Source: a virus. From it: DNA of 42,730 bases. Where the stretch lies: IMG/VR virus record IMGVR_UViG_3300036846_000608, positions 1 through 42,730 of that record; one strand, 5' to 3'. The notes beneath the pieces are model-generated. The model did not search any database, was not told the origin of the DNA, and saw nothing but the letters and a program-made list of their open reading frames with translations. The position numbers were made by a program, and so were the translations under genes. Of this stretch, positions 1 through 7,531 are shown piece by piece. The stretch's first letter is position 1. Each line of letters starts with the position of its first letter.

Positions 1-127
1 AGGGAAGCATCACATGCGTACCATCGAGAACACCGACCACCTGACCGAACTGGTCTGCGAGACCATCGACTGCCCCAAATGGGCGAACCGCTGCAGCGAG
101 TGCGGCGACACCGCGCCCGGCGACCAG
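1..127. repeat. terminal direct repeat copy 1 (identical to 42604..42730)
   Basis: Read directly. agggaagcatcacatgcgtaccatcgag...gcgcccggcgaccag occurs at both ends. The repeat cuts through ORF 14..241. Confidence 0.95.
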
Positions 128-241
128 TTGCTGATCTACATCACGGTGCGCGGGGCACACCGCCGCGTCCACAACGGCGCGTTCTGCAGCAAATTCTGCC
201 ACGACTGGTTTCACGGGCTCAAGCCGCGGAAGGCGAACTGA
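14..241 (+). CDS. small Cys/His-rich (zinc-ribbon-like) protein, unknown function
   Basis: ATG preceded by aggga. 75 aa with several CxxC / CxxxC-H spacings. High third-position GC. Confidence 0.7.
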   Translation: MRTIENTDHLTELVCETIDCPKWANRCSECGDTAPGDQLLIYITVRGAHRRVHNGAFCSKFCHDWFHGLKPRKAN

Positions 242-242
242 G

Positions 243-383
243 ATGACCAAACCTCTGTCCACACGTGCAAAACGCCGCCGCGTCGAGATCATCAAGATAC
301 TGAGCGATATGTCGCGCGACTGGTCGCGCTGGACTGCCGACGACTGGCGACCCCTAGAACAGGAACTGGACCAACTATCATGA
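243..383 (+). CDS. 46-aa basic/acidic small protein (below ORF-track cutoff)
   Basis: ATG lies 2 nt after the previous stop. Its TGA overlaps the recombinase ATG (ATGA), indicating translational coupling. Confidence 0.55.
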   Translation: MTKPLSTRAKRRRVEIIKILSDMSRDWSRWTADDWRPLEQELDQLS

Positions 384-1015
384 AACCGATCATCGCCTAC
401 ATCCGCGTCTCGACCCAGAAGCAGGGCAAGTCCGGTCTCGGCATCGAGGCGCAGCAGGCTGCCATCGCGCAGTTCGCCGCCGGCAATTTCGAGATCATCG
501 ACACCTATGTCGAGATCGAGACCGGCAAGGGCTCCGACGCGCTGACCACGCGCCCGCAATTGGCAAGTGCCATCGAGATCGCCCGCGTCACTGGCGCGAT
601 CGTGGTATCAGCCAAACTCGACCGCATCACCCGCGACGTTCATTTCGGCTCAGGCCTGTTCAGCCGCACCGACGTGTCGTTCAAGATCGTCGACATGCCG
701 CATGCCGACAATTTTCAACTCAACATCATGCTCGCGGTCGCGCAGTTGGAACGCGAGATGATTTCCACACGCACCAAGGCGGCCTTGGCGGCGGCCCGTG
801 AGCGCGGCACCAGGCTGGGCTCGCCGACGGGCCCGGCCTTGCAGCGCAACCGCTCGCTGGCCTTCGCTGCCAGCCTGAAGAGCATCGTGATGCCGATCAT
901 CGATCAGTCGTCGCGCGCGATTGCCGCGCATCTCAACGCATCAGGCATCAAGACCGCAACCGGCGGTGCATGGTCGTCGATGACCGCGCTGCGGCTGGTC
1001 GAGCGTCTGCGATGA
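380..1015 (+). CDS. small serine recombinase (resolvase/invertase family)
   Basis: N-terminal IAYIRVSTQKQ..SGLGIEAQ catalytic-serine motif. SAKLDRITRD and LEREMISTRTKAALAAAR E-helix-like segment. Short C-terminal HTH-like tail. 211 aa. Confidence 0.9.
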   Translation: MKPIIAYIRVSTQKQGKSGLGIEAQQAAIAQFAAGNFEIIDTYVEIETGKGSDALTTRPQLASAIEIARVTGAIVVSAKLDRITRDVHFGSGLFSRTDVSFKIVDMPHADNFQLNIMLAVAQLEREMISTRTKAALAAARERGTRLGSPTGPALQRNRSLAFAASLKSIVMPIIDQSSRAIAAHLNASGIKTATGGAWSSMTALRLVERLR

Positions 1016-1206
1016 CCGCGAACCAGTTCAACAAGGCGCTCGATCGGCTCGGCTACAGCCAGTCGAGCCTCGCGCGTCAGATCGGCAAGAGCGATCGCAT
1101 GGTGCGCAACTGGGCCGCCGGCAAATGGCCGGTCCCGACCGAGATCGCGCTGCTGCTCAACCTGATGCTCGACACCAAGTCGAGCATCGATCAACTGAGA
1201 AGCTGA
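1012..1206 (+). CDS. XRE/Cro-like helix-turn-helix protein
   Basis: ATGA overlap with the recombinase stop. LGYSQSSLARQIGKSDRMVRNWAAG is a typical HTH_3-like signature. Confidence 0.8.
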   Translation: MTANQFNKALDRLGYSQSSLARQIGKSDRMVRNWAAGKWPVPTEIALLLNLMLDTKSSIDQLRS

Positions 1207-1290
1207 TGCGCGCGGAACGATGTGGGCAGGGTATGAGGCGCTGTCTGATCGCCCCGCGCGCAATCGGCTTCGCTCCACCGATTGAAAAAC

Positions 1291-1320
1291 AAAAGCCCGG
1301 CGGTGCAAGCCGGGCTTTTG
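1291..1320 (+). terminator. rho-independent terminator hairpin between convergent operons (A-run before, T-run after: bidirectional)
   Basis: aaaaGCCCGGcggtgcaaGCCGGGCtttt read directly. Confidence 0.7.
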
Positions 1321-1419
1321 CCTGTGCCGTGGACATCCACCAGCAAGAAAGGGGAACTCGCTTCTGTGTGGGACGCGCCGCCAGCAGCTAGCAAAAAATG
1401 CGTCCAAAACGGCCCGCTG

Positions 1420-2031
1420 TCAACGGCGCTGTCGTTCCTCCCAGAATTTCGCCAGCCGGTAGCCGGCCTCGCCGAGTAGCCGGCCCGCCCGCTCCCGGCC
1501 ATGCCGGGGACTGGCATAGCCCAGCATGAAACCGACATCGAGCAGTGAACAATTACAGCACACCACCATGTCGGCGACAAAACCAAGGTGCTCACCGAGC
1601 CGCTCTTTGGCGGCATGGTAGGCGTCACGGTGATCCTGCTGGTGTTCGGTTTTGGCCACCCCGCTCATCGATTGCGGATCGAATGCGTAAATCCGGTTGA
1701 GGTCGACACTCTGCAATGGCGATTGCAGCCCACCAGATGACCAGTGGTGCGCGTATCGCTTCAGGCCGAAGTATTCCTCATCGGAAATTTTTCGACGCAC
1801 CCACGCCCTTCCCAGGGCGTCGTCGTACATGGTGTAGCGGCGAGAAGATTTTGAGTGACCCGCGAGATCGAAGAAACTTTGCGCCTGCTTGAGACGCTGC
1901 AGCGTGGGACCGCTGGTGTCATCGGGCTGTGGACGGGGCATCGGCAATGTTTGAGACCGGCACACTGCGTCGTCAAGCTCACATTGCCAAGCCACTTTGC
2001 CAGTTGCGAATGCATGTGCATCAGTGTGCAT
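1420..2031 (-). CDS. hypothetical protein, last gene of the leftward early operon, with a C-terminal HTH-like segment
   Basis: 203-aa ORF with good GC3 bias. Internal starts are possible. No confident family call. Confidence 0.7.
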   Translation of the reverse strand: MHTDAHAFATGKVAWQCELDDAVCRSQTLPMPRPQPDDTSGPTLQRLKQAQSFFDLAGHSKSSRRYTMYDDALGRAWVRRKISDEEYFGLKRYAHHWSSGGLQSPLQSVDLNRIYAFDPQSMSGVAKTEHQQDHRDAYHAAKERLGEHLGFVADMVVCCNCSLLDVGFMLGYASPRHGRERAGRLLGEAGYRLAKFWEERQRR

Positions 2032-2074
2032 TCGCTGTCTCTAACAGCATAGAAGGTAGTAGTTATTCTTTTAG

Positions 2075-2092
2075 TTTGGTTAGCATACCAAA
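2075..2092. promoter_or_regulatory. palindrome TTTGGT-tagcat-ACCAAA in an AT-rich 82-nt intergenic spacer
   Basis: Read directly. Flanked by 13-bp direct repeats ATGCATGTGCATC at 2010-2022 and 2098-2110. Confidence 0.3.
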
Positions 2093-2113
2093 TGGATATG
2101 CATGTGCATCGGA

Positions 2114-2470
2114 TTAGTGCTGTGGTTTCAATCGTCCATTCCAGCGAACCTGCGCAGCGAGCGCTCTTTTGCGCCGGACGTCCTGCACTTGCATCCAGGT
2201 GTCGGTGAGGCGTTTTTGCGAGACCTGACCCTCAGCAATTGTCATGGGACGCATGACCTTCTCCTTGATTTCGCGCCAGCGTTCCAGCGACACACCGCCG
2301 ATCATCGCCATCTCGCGGTCGTCATCCATCAGCCGACCGCGCTGCCGCCACATCACGAACAGCAGGCGGCAGTAGACGCCGAACTCTTCCGCCGACAGGT
2401 GCATGGTGTCGGACAGAATGGCATCGGTCTTGACCGGCAGGATTGGTAGCTCTGCCATGGCCGCGCTCAC
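2114..2470 (-). CDS. DUF1376 (YdaU-like) family protein, replication-module associated
   Basis: LSAEEFGVYCRLLFVMWRQRGRL resembles the DUF1376 core. GTGA coupling to the upstream ORF. Alternative ATG at 2458. Confidence 0.7.
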   Translation of the reverse strand: MSAAMAELPILPVKTDAILSDTMHLSAEEFGVYCRLLFVMWRQRGRLMDDDREMAMIGGVSLERWREIKEKVMRPMTIAEGQVSQKRLTDTWMQVQDVRRKRALAAQVRWNGRLKPQH

Positions 2471-2685
2471 ACCTCGTTGTTTTCGACAATCCGCAGCCAG
2501 GAATATTTCGCGACCCTGGTTTGCTTCTTCGCGCTGTCGAAGATCGAGTGCTTCAGCGTCAGCGTCTTTTGCCCCAGCGCCTTGCGTATCGTCTCCGGGT
2601 CGCTATCGACCTGCGCCAGTTCGACGTCGTGGTCGCTACCGAACTCGCGGCCCCAGATCGAGTAGCGGCGTTTCACCATGCTCAT
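2467..2685 (-). CDS. hypothetical 72-aa protein
   Basis: Internal ATG of track ORF 2467..3009. ATGA overlap with the stop of the upstream gene. Confidence 0.65.
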   Translation of the reverse strand: MSMVKRRYSIWGREFGSDHDVELAQVDSDPETIRKALGQKTLTLKHSIFDSAKKQTRVAKYSWLRIVENNEV

Positions 2686-2879
2686 CCCTGTTTGATCTTG
2701 CGTAGTTGCGCCGGCGCCGAGGATCGCGCCTCCATTCGCTCCTGCCAGGCGACCATCACCTCGCTGATCAATTCGAGCCAGGCGATCAGGTCGTCGACCT
2801 CTTCGACCGAGGCGCACTCGATCCAGACCTCGACGCTGTGGCTCATGTCTTTTTCGCGAATTAATTTCAGGCTGTTCAT
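2682..2879 (-). CDS. hypothetical 65-aa acidic protein
   Basis: MNSLK start preceded by ggaggag. ATGA coupling on both sides. Confidence 0.7.
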   Translation of the reverse strand: MNSLKLIREKDMSHSVEVWIECASVEEVDDLIAWLELISEVMVAWQERMEARSSAPAQLRKIKQG

Positions 2880-3067
2880 GGTCTCCTCCACCGGGTGACA
2901 GCATCGATCGACTCGACGTGCAGAGGCCATGCCAGCACCCACCGCTCCAGATCGTCATCCCAATAGACTTTGATCGCCAGCGTGTACGGCACCACGATGT
3001 CCGTGCCATCCTTCGGCGGCTTGTCGAGGCGATATTTGGTGCGAATCGAGGGACGCTGTCTCATCAT
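2876..3067 (-). CDS. hypothetical 63-aa protein
   Basis: ATGA overlap with the stop of 3064..3339. Coding bias present. Confidence 0.65.
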   Translation of the reverse strand: MMRQRPSIRTKYRLDKPPKDGTDIVVPYTLAIKVYWDDDLERWVLAWPLHVESIDAVTRWRRP

Positions 3068-3339
3068 GACGGCACCTGGTACTGCATCGACAGCGCGAAC
3101 GGATCGAGCCCGAGGGAGGCCCAGAACTGCGCCTCGCCGGTTGCGTGACATTGATCGTGATGACGCCGGCACAGCGGGACTGCCCAGCGGTCGGATGATT
3201 TCTGGCCCATCCCTGCAGCCAGCTTGCCATCCCCGATCGAACCGACCCTGATGTGATGGGGATCGACGTCGATGCCGCCGCACACGCAACAGGGTTGCTC
3301 GCGGATGTAGCGTAAATATCGCTCGTCGCGATCAGCCAT
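3064..3339 (-). CDS. zinc-finger / HNH-like nuclease-family protein (DUF968/NinG-like pattern)
   Basis: YIREQPCCVCG..DPHHIR....GQKSSDRWAVPLCRRHHDQCH pattern of Cys/His ligands. Confidence 0.6.
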   Translation of the reverse strand: MADRDERYLRYIREQPCCVCGGIDVDPHHIRVGSIGDGKLAAGMGQKSSDRWAVPLCRRHHDQCHATGEAQFWASLGLDPFALSMQYQVPS

Positions 3340-3823
3340 GCTCCTTGACCTTCCAGGCCTGGAATTTGGTGTCGAGATCGAACCACAGGATGCGCTGATC
3401 GCCGAAGCCGGGTTTGCCGAGATCGGAGCGCGTCAGCACGTTGCAGATGTCACGCACCGCTTTTGCCGCCGCCTCTTCAACGTGGACCGGCCAGTGATGA
3501 CTTTCACACTCGCGCAGGAACGCCCAGAACAGCGGGTCTTTGCATCTGATGGCGGCCTGCTGGGCCGGTCCCAATGCGCGCCACTTGTCGCGATCAACAG
3601 CCTGGTGGTCGACCGGCTCCTCGTCGTCGTTGATCTCGACCAGCGCGCATTGATAGCGGGTGCCCATCGCAGCCGTGGTGATGTGCTGGTTCATGTCGAC
3701 CGCGGCGACCGTCAGCCGCAGCACCCAGTCGCCGCTCTGGCGCTGCTGAAGGCCATCCTTCTTGACCTCCATCGAGATCGCGTTGGCGCGGGCTTTGCTG
3801 GCTATTCGGTCGGCTCCATGCAT
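3332..3823 (-). CDS. hypothetical 163-aa protein
   Basis: Long ORF in operon frame with strong GC3 bias. Confidence 0.8.
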   Translation of the reverse strand: MHGADRIASKARANAISMEVKKDGLQQRQSGDWVLRLTVAAVDMNQHITTAAMGTRYQCALVEINDDEEPVDHQAVDRDKWRALGPAQQAAIRCKDPLFWAFLRECESHHWPVHVEEAAAKAVRDICNVLTRSDLGKPGFGDQRILWFDLDTKFQAWKVKEHG

Positions 3824-4005
3824 GGCGGTTCATCCAGCGGCAGTTCCGGCTGCGCCGGTCCCATGCGGCGCGCGGTGATCTCGGCCTTGATCTTGCTAGT
3901 GTGCCAACCCGCGATATCGAAATGCTCGCCATCGATGATCAGGTAACCCTGGATTTGCGGTTGCTCTTTCGAGAACAGCAACACGCCGGTCATTTCCTTC
4001 ATCAT
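3802..4005 (-). CDS. hypothetical 67-aa protein
   Basis: ATGA coupling with the upstream gene. Confidence 0.65.
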   Translation of the reverse strand: MMKEMTGVLLFSKEQPQIQGYLIIDGEHFDIAGWHTSKIKAEITARRMGPAQPELPLDEPPCMEPTE

Positions 4006-4316
4006 GGTTTCCTGTATTCCTGGATCGCCCGCGCGTGGCTCTTCTTTGCTTTTGGTGTGCGCATATAGCCGGTCTTGCTGAGAAGGCCGCGCCGGAATGC
4101 GCCGTTGGCGGCAGCGCCCCAGGCGTTGGGGTGGTTCGGTTCACCGATGATAGGCGCCGCACGTCGGCGAACGTGTTCAGCCGTGAAGACAATACCGGAG
4201 GGGATTTTGGTTACGAAATCATAATAGCGACTGAGCCACACCGGATTGTGCGCACCCACCCGCTCGATGCCATCGTCTCGCCCCTTGCGGGCTTTTTTGA
4301 TGCTGAACTCGCTCAT
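4002..4316 (-). CDS. hypothetical 104-aa basic protein
   Basis: ATGA coupling with the upstream gene. Confidence 0.75.
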   Translation of the reverse strand: MSEFSIKKARKGRDDGIERVGAHNPVWLSRYYDFVTKIPSGIVFTAEHVRRRAAPIIGEPNHPNAWGAAANGAFRRGLLSKTGYMRTPKAKKSHARAIQEYRKP

Positions 4317-4960
4317 GCGATTTCCTTCTTTGCCCGCTGCCGGAGATGCTTGCCCATCATCGGCGGCATTCGCTCGACCAGCGGCATGTTGGCGTTGATG
4401 AATGTCTCGCGCGCCTCCGGCGGCATCCGGTCGAGATCGGCGAGCAGTAGACGATAAGCCATCACGCCGCTCTCGTCGCCCCAGCCGGCCTTGCGCGCAT
4501 ATTCTTCATGCAGTGTGCGCAGCCTGGCGTGATCGGCCTCGCGAATGTTTTTCTTGGCGTCGAGGTCGAGCCAGGGCGCATGCACCTCGTAGAGATAGCG
4601 CCCCACACCCCAGCGCACGCCGGCCCTTTTGAAGGCATCACTCAATGTGCCCTTGTCCGCTTCCATGTCGGTGGCGCCGGCACCATCAGCTTTCCAAATC
4701 CAGTCGCCGGCAATGCGAACCCCGATGTTGCAGACGATCGAGGTGCCGACGCCGGGCGTGTAGTTGCACTGCCAGCCGTCGAAACCGCAGACGCTATCGA
4801 AACGATCCATCACCGTGCGCGCATCGACATAGCACAACGGCTGACCACGGAACGGCTCGTCAGGACCCTTGCGTTTCTCGTTGGTCGGGCCGACGCGCCA
4901 GCTTATCTCCTCGATTGGAAATGGCTCGCACAGCGCGGTGAATAACTCCATGGTGTCCAT
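4313..4960 (-). CDS. Rad52/Sak-family single-strand annealing recombinase
   Basis: YVDARTVMDRFDSVCGFDGWQ ... KGTLSDAFKRAGVRWGVGRYLY matches the Rad52/22 signature. Start MDTMELF follows ggaggtgacgatc. Confidence 0.8.
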   Translation of the reverse strand: MDTMELFTALCEPFPIEEISWRVGPTNEKRKGPDEPFRGQPLCYVDARTVMDRFDSVCGFDGWQCNYTPGVGTSIVCNIGVRIAGDWIWKADGAGATDMEADKGTLSDAFKRAGVRWGVGRYLYEVHAPWLDLDAKKNIREADHARLRTLHEEYARKAGWGDESGVMAYRLLLADLDRMPPEARETFINANMPLVERMPPMMGKHLRQRAKKEIA

Positions 4961-5013
4961 GATCGTCACCTCCGGCCACGCCGCCAACATTGCGGCGCGG
5001 CCCCGCGGTACAT

Positions 5014-5241
5014 CTAGCTGGCTGCCGGCTGATCAGCCGGCATCGTTTCGTTGTTTTGGATACCCTCATCTCCAGTGATGAGTGTCATCGCCTGCTTGAT
5101 GCGTTCGCAATAATCAGCTTCTGCTCGTCTCATTTGCTGAAGGTAAATCTCGCGCGCGCGATCATGCGCATCAAAGACCTTGCGGACCGTCGAGGTGGCG
5201 GTCCTCAGTTCCTTTGACGCCTTGACTACTGTCGTTGTCAT
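5014..5241 (-). CDS. hypothetical 75-aa protein
   Basis: ATGA coupling with the upstream gene. Confidence 0.65.
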   Translation of the reverse strand: MTTTVVKASKELRTATSTVRKVFDAHDRAREIYLQQMRRAEADYCERIKQAMTLITGDEGIQNNETMPADQPAAS

Positions 5242-5831
5242 ACAAACCTCCTTGTTGCGGCGATCTCTTTCAGTTCATCGCGGACGGTATTGAGGCGCGA
5301 CATGGCGTCTCTCGACCCTCCTTGATCAGGGTGAAGGCGTGTCGCCATTGCGCGATAACCCAAGTCGACAAGTTGAAGAGCTATGTCCCGATGCAGTTTG
5401 ATTTCTTCCTCACGGGACTGTCGTTCGTCGGATAGGCGTGTGACGTTGACCTTGTCGACAACGTCGAACAGTGATTTCAATTTGTTTTTCCTGGTGATGG
5501 ACTTGATGGTACGGGGGTCTCTGCCGACCGCTTCATCGATAGTTGTAAGGCCAGCCTTACAACCAGGGTCTTCTTCAACCTTGCGGGCAATCCGCATATA
5601 GTCGTTTGCCGTGATGCGACTTATGTGGAAATGTTCTTTTACCCAGCGTCCCCACGAACCGTATGCGACTTGCCCGCTATCCCTCGCTTCGTTGAGCATC
5701 CTTCCGGCTTTGATGTAGTGATCCATACCGGCCTCATTGCCGGCGATCAGTTCTTGCTGAATTAGCGGCACCAGTATTTTGAGAGGCCGCGCGACTTGCG
5801 ATCCGGGGCTGCGAACGATGGCCACATTCAT
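5238..5831 (-). CDS. DUF3102-like N-terminal domain fused to a C-terminal J-domain
   Basis: N-terminus: IKAGRMLNEARD...YGSWGRWVKEHFHISRITANDYMRIA. C-terminus: GYRAMATRLHPDQGGSRDAMSRLNTVRDELK, containing an HPD tripeptide. Confidence 0.75.
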   Translation of the reverse strand: MNVAIVRSPGSQVARPLKILVPLIQQELIAGNEAGMDHYIKAGRMLNEARDSGQVAYGSWGRWVKEHFHISRITANDYMRIARKVEEDPGCKAGLTTIDEAVGRDPRTIKSITRKNKLKSLFDVVDKVNVTRLSDERQSREEEIKLHRDIALQLVDLGYRAMATRLHPDQGGSRDAMSRLNTVRDELKEIAATRRFV

Positions 5832-5856
5832 GGCTTATTCCTTTCTGATAGCTCCA

Positions 5857-6366
5857 TCATCGGGGATACGTCGCCAGGTGAGGTTCGGCGTTCGACAGCA
5901 CATAGCCTGCCACCTCGCCGCCTTCCTGCAGGCGCTCCTTGATTTTTGTCAGGTTTGGTTCACGCGTGATCTTGCACAGATCATCCGACAGCGTTTCGGG
6001 ATCGGCGCCGCCCAGCACCCTGGGTGCGCCTGGCCGCACCGACAAGGTGGCCTTCGGCAGTTCGATCTTCTTCAGGCCGGCATGCGCCAGTATCTTGAGG
6101 ATCATCGCGTTGAGAAAATCAATTCGCATCTGGAAGCGAGCGTGCCTGGCTCTGCAGTCATCGATCTCCTGCTTGGCGCCGTCGCGCAGCGCCTTGGCTT
6201 CATTGATGCCGCGCAGGATAGCTGTCAGAAATTCCTGGAGGTTTGTGGCGCCCTCCAGCGTGTCGATCCGCAAGGTTTGGTCCCCGAGCAGTTCGGGAAA
6301 CTGCAGATACAGGTTGGCGATTTCCTGCTGCAGCACCGCGGCGCCCTGGCTGAAATTGTTAGACAT
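5857..6366 (-). CDS. Gp157-family protein (commonly linked to phage annealase modules)
   Basis: Pattern ...GLKKIELPKATLSVRPG...PNLTKIKERLQEGGEVAGYVLSN. Start MSNNF; alternative ATG at 6375. Confidence 0.6.
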   Translation of the reverse strand: MSNNFSQGAAVLQQEIANLYLQFPELLGDQTLRIDTLEGATNLQEFLTAILRGINEAKALRDGAKQEIDDCRARHARFQMRIDFLNAMILKILAHAGLKKIELPKATLSVRPGAPRVLGGADPETLSDDLCKITREPNLTKIKERLQEGGEVAGYVLSNAEPHLATYPR

Positions 6367-6544
6367 CCTTGCCATCCGCCTTGTCGAGCATTCGTGAAAA
6401 TGTGTCGCGCATCGCCTCGACGGCGTCGTAGGCCGTCCTGATCTCGGCAATGGAAAGATCGCGCACTCGCAGTGTGTCCTTCAGCATCCGCGTCAGCAGT
6501 TGCTCCGTCATGACGGGCAATTCGGTCTTCACCAGCTTCAGCAT
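6359..6544 (-). CDS. hypothetical 61-aa protein
   Basis: ATG at 6544 gives a 7-nt overlap with the upstream stop. The track start at 6583 is a TTG with a 46-nt overlap. Confidence 0.55.
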   Translation of the reverse strand: MLKLVKTELPVMTEQLLTRMLKDTLRVRDLSIAEIRTAYDAVEAMRDTFSRMLDKADGKDV

Positions 6545-6981
6545 TGCGCGCTGCCGTTCGGTCGCATCAAGAGTTTTTCGCAAATCCGCAATCGCAGCAG
6601 ATCGAGATCGTCGGCGACCAGCGGTCTGGTGATCGCGTATTGCTCGATCCGCCGAACCCCATGCCAGGCGGTAGTGTGATCGGCATAGCCAACCCGCAGC
6701 CGGATCGCATTGAGGCTGGTGCGGGCATATCTGTAGGACAGATAGCAGAACACCTGCCTGGCAAAGGTGACGCTACGCTTGCAACTCTCGCCTTCAAGTT
6801 CGTCGCGTTTGATCAGGTAGAAATCGCAGATCACCTGCTTGATTTCAGCCATCGTTGGTCGCGCATGGTCGAGGTAGTAGAACAGCCTGTCGACGGCGTC
6901 GGTGTCTTCCGGTATCTCCAGCCGCTGCATCACCATCGCACGCTTGAGAGCCCGCGGCGCTAATCCGGTGCAAACATCCAT
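6538..6981 (-). CDS. DnaA domain-IV-only protein (DnaA-box-binding HTH, no AAA+ domain)
   Basis: IKQVICDFYLIKRDEL...KRSVTFARQVFCYLSYRYARTSLNAIRLRVGYADHTTAWHGVRRIEQ aligns by eye with the DnaA C-terminus (..SRSVARPRQMAMAL..DHTTVLHACRKIEQ). Start MDVCTG follows gggagagg. Confidence 0.8.
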   Translation of the reverse strand: MDVCTGLAPRALKRAMVMQRLEIPEDTDAVDRLFYYLDHARPTMAEIKQVICDFYLIKRDELEGESCKRSVTFARQVFCYLSYRYARTSLNAIRLRVGYADHTTAWHGVRRIEQYAITRPLVADDLDLLRLRICEKLLMRPNGSAQC

Positions 6982-6995
6982 CGGCACGCCTCTCC

Positions 6996-7229
6996 CTACT
7001 TGTTGTTGGCTTTTGGCTTCTGGCGCCACAATTCTGGGGGCGCCCTGGTGTTGCGGCGCTTCAACTCATCGTTCATGACTTTGAAAAGGCGCGCCGGAAA
7101 ACTTTTGGCCACGCTGGTCCAGCCATAAGCCGCCTTGAATTTGGCGCCGGTCAATTCACAGACCGCGGGAAATCCACCCAGCGCCTCGACTACCTCTCGA
7201 ACATCACGAGCATAACGAAAGCGCCGCAT
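6996..7229 (-). CDS. Cro/YdaS-like small DNA-binding protein, first gene of the leftward early operon
   Basis: Position at the divergent control region. VVEALGGFPAVCELTGAKFKAAYGW is HTH-like. Confidence 0.55.
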   Translation of the reverse strand: MRRFRYARDVREVVEALGGFPAVCELTGAKFKAAYGWTSVAKSFPARLFKVMNDELKRRNTRAPPELWRQKPKANNK

Positions 7230-7309
7230 GATTTTTACTCTGACAAAGGGGATTTCCGGGTTGGGAATGGTTCTCTACCGAACGATCCGATACGTTAGTC
7301 CAACTTATT

Positions 7310-7328
7310 TTGTTGGCAATACCAACAA
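7310..7328. promoter_or_regulatory. palindromic operator candidate TTGTTGG-caata-CCAACAA
   Basis: Read directly in the AT-rich divergent intergenic region. Confidence 0.4.
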
Positions 7329-7374
7329 ACTACGCAAAAATTTTCGCCCTTACGATCAATGACGCGATGATGTT

Positions 7375-7402
7375 CAACCGTTGATGAGTCCGACAACCGT
7401 TG
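7375..7402. promoter_or_regulatory. two copies of palindromic CAACCGTTG, 19 bp apart (operator candidates)
   Basis: Read directly at 7375-7383 and 7394-7402. Confidence 0.4.
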
Positions 7403-7531
7403 TAACTGAAGACTTTTTTGATTTGAGAACGAAGGAGCGAAGCACTGTCCTATTGCGTAGTTTCTGCGCGTTGCGATTTCAAAAAAAATATGACTATCGT
7501 CGTGGCCTCCAGCAACAACGAGGGGACGACC

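Noticed and set aside
1-127. Terminal repeat, considered as attL/attR or a genuine phage DTR.
   Set aside because: The repeat lies inside a coding sequence, its length is typical of an assembler k-mer overlap, and no bacterial flanks are present. A DTR cannot be fully excluded without reads.
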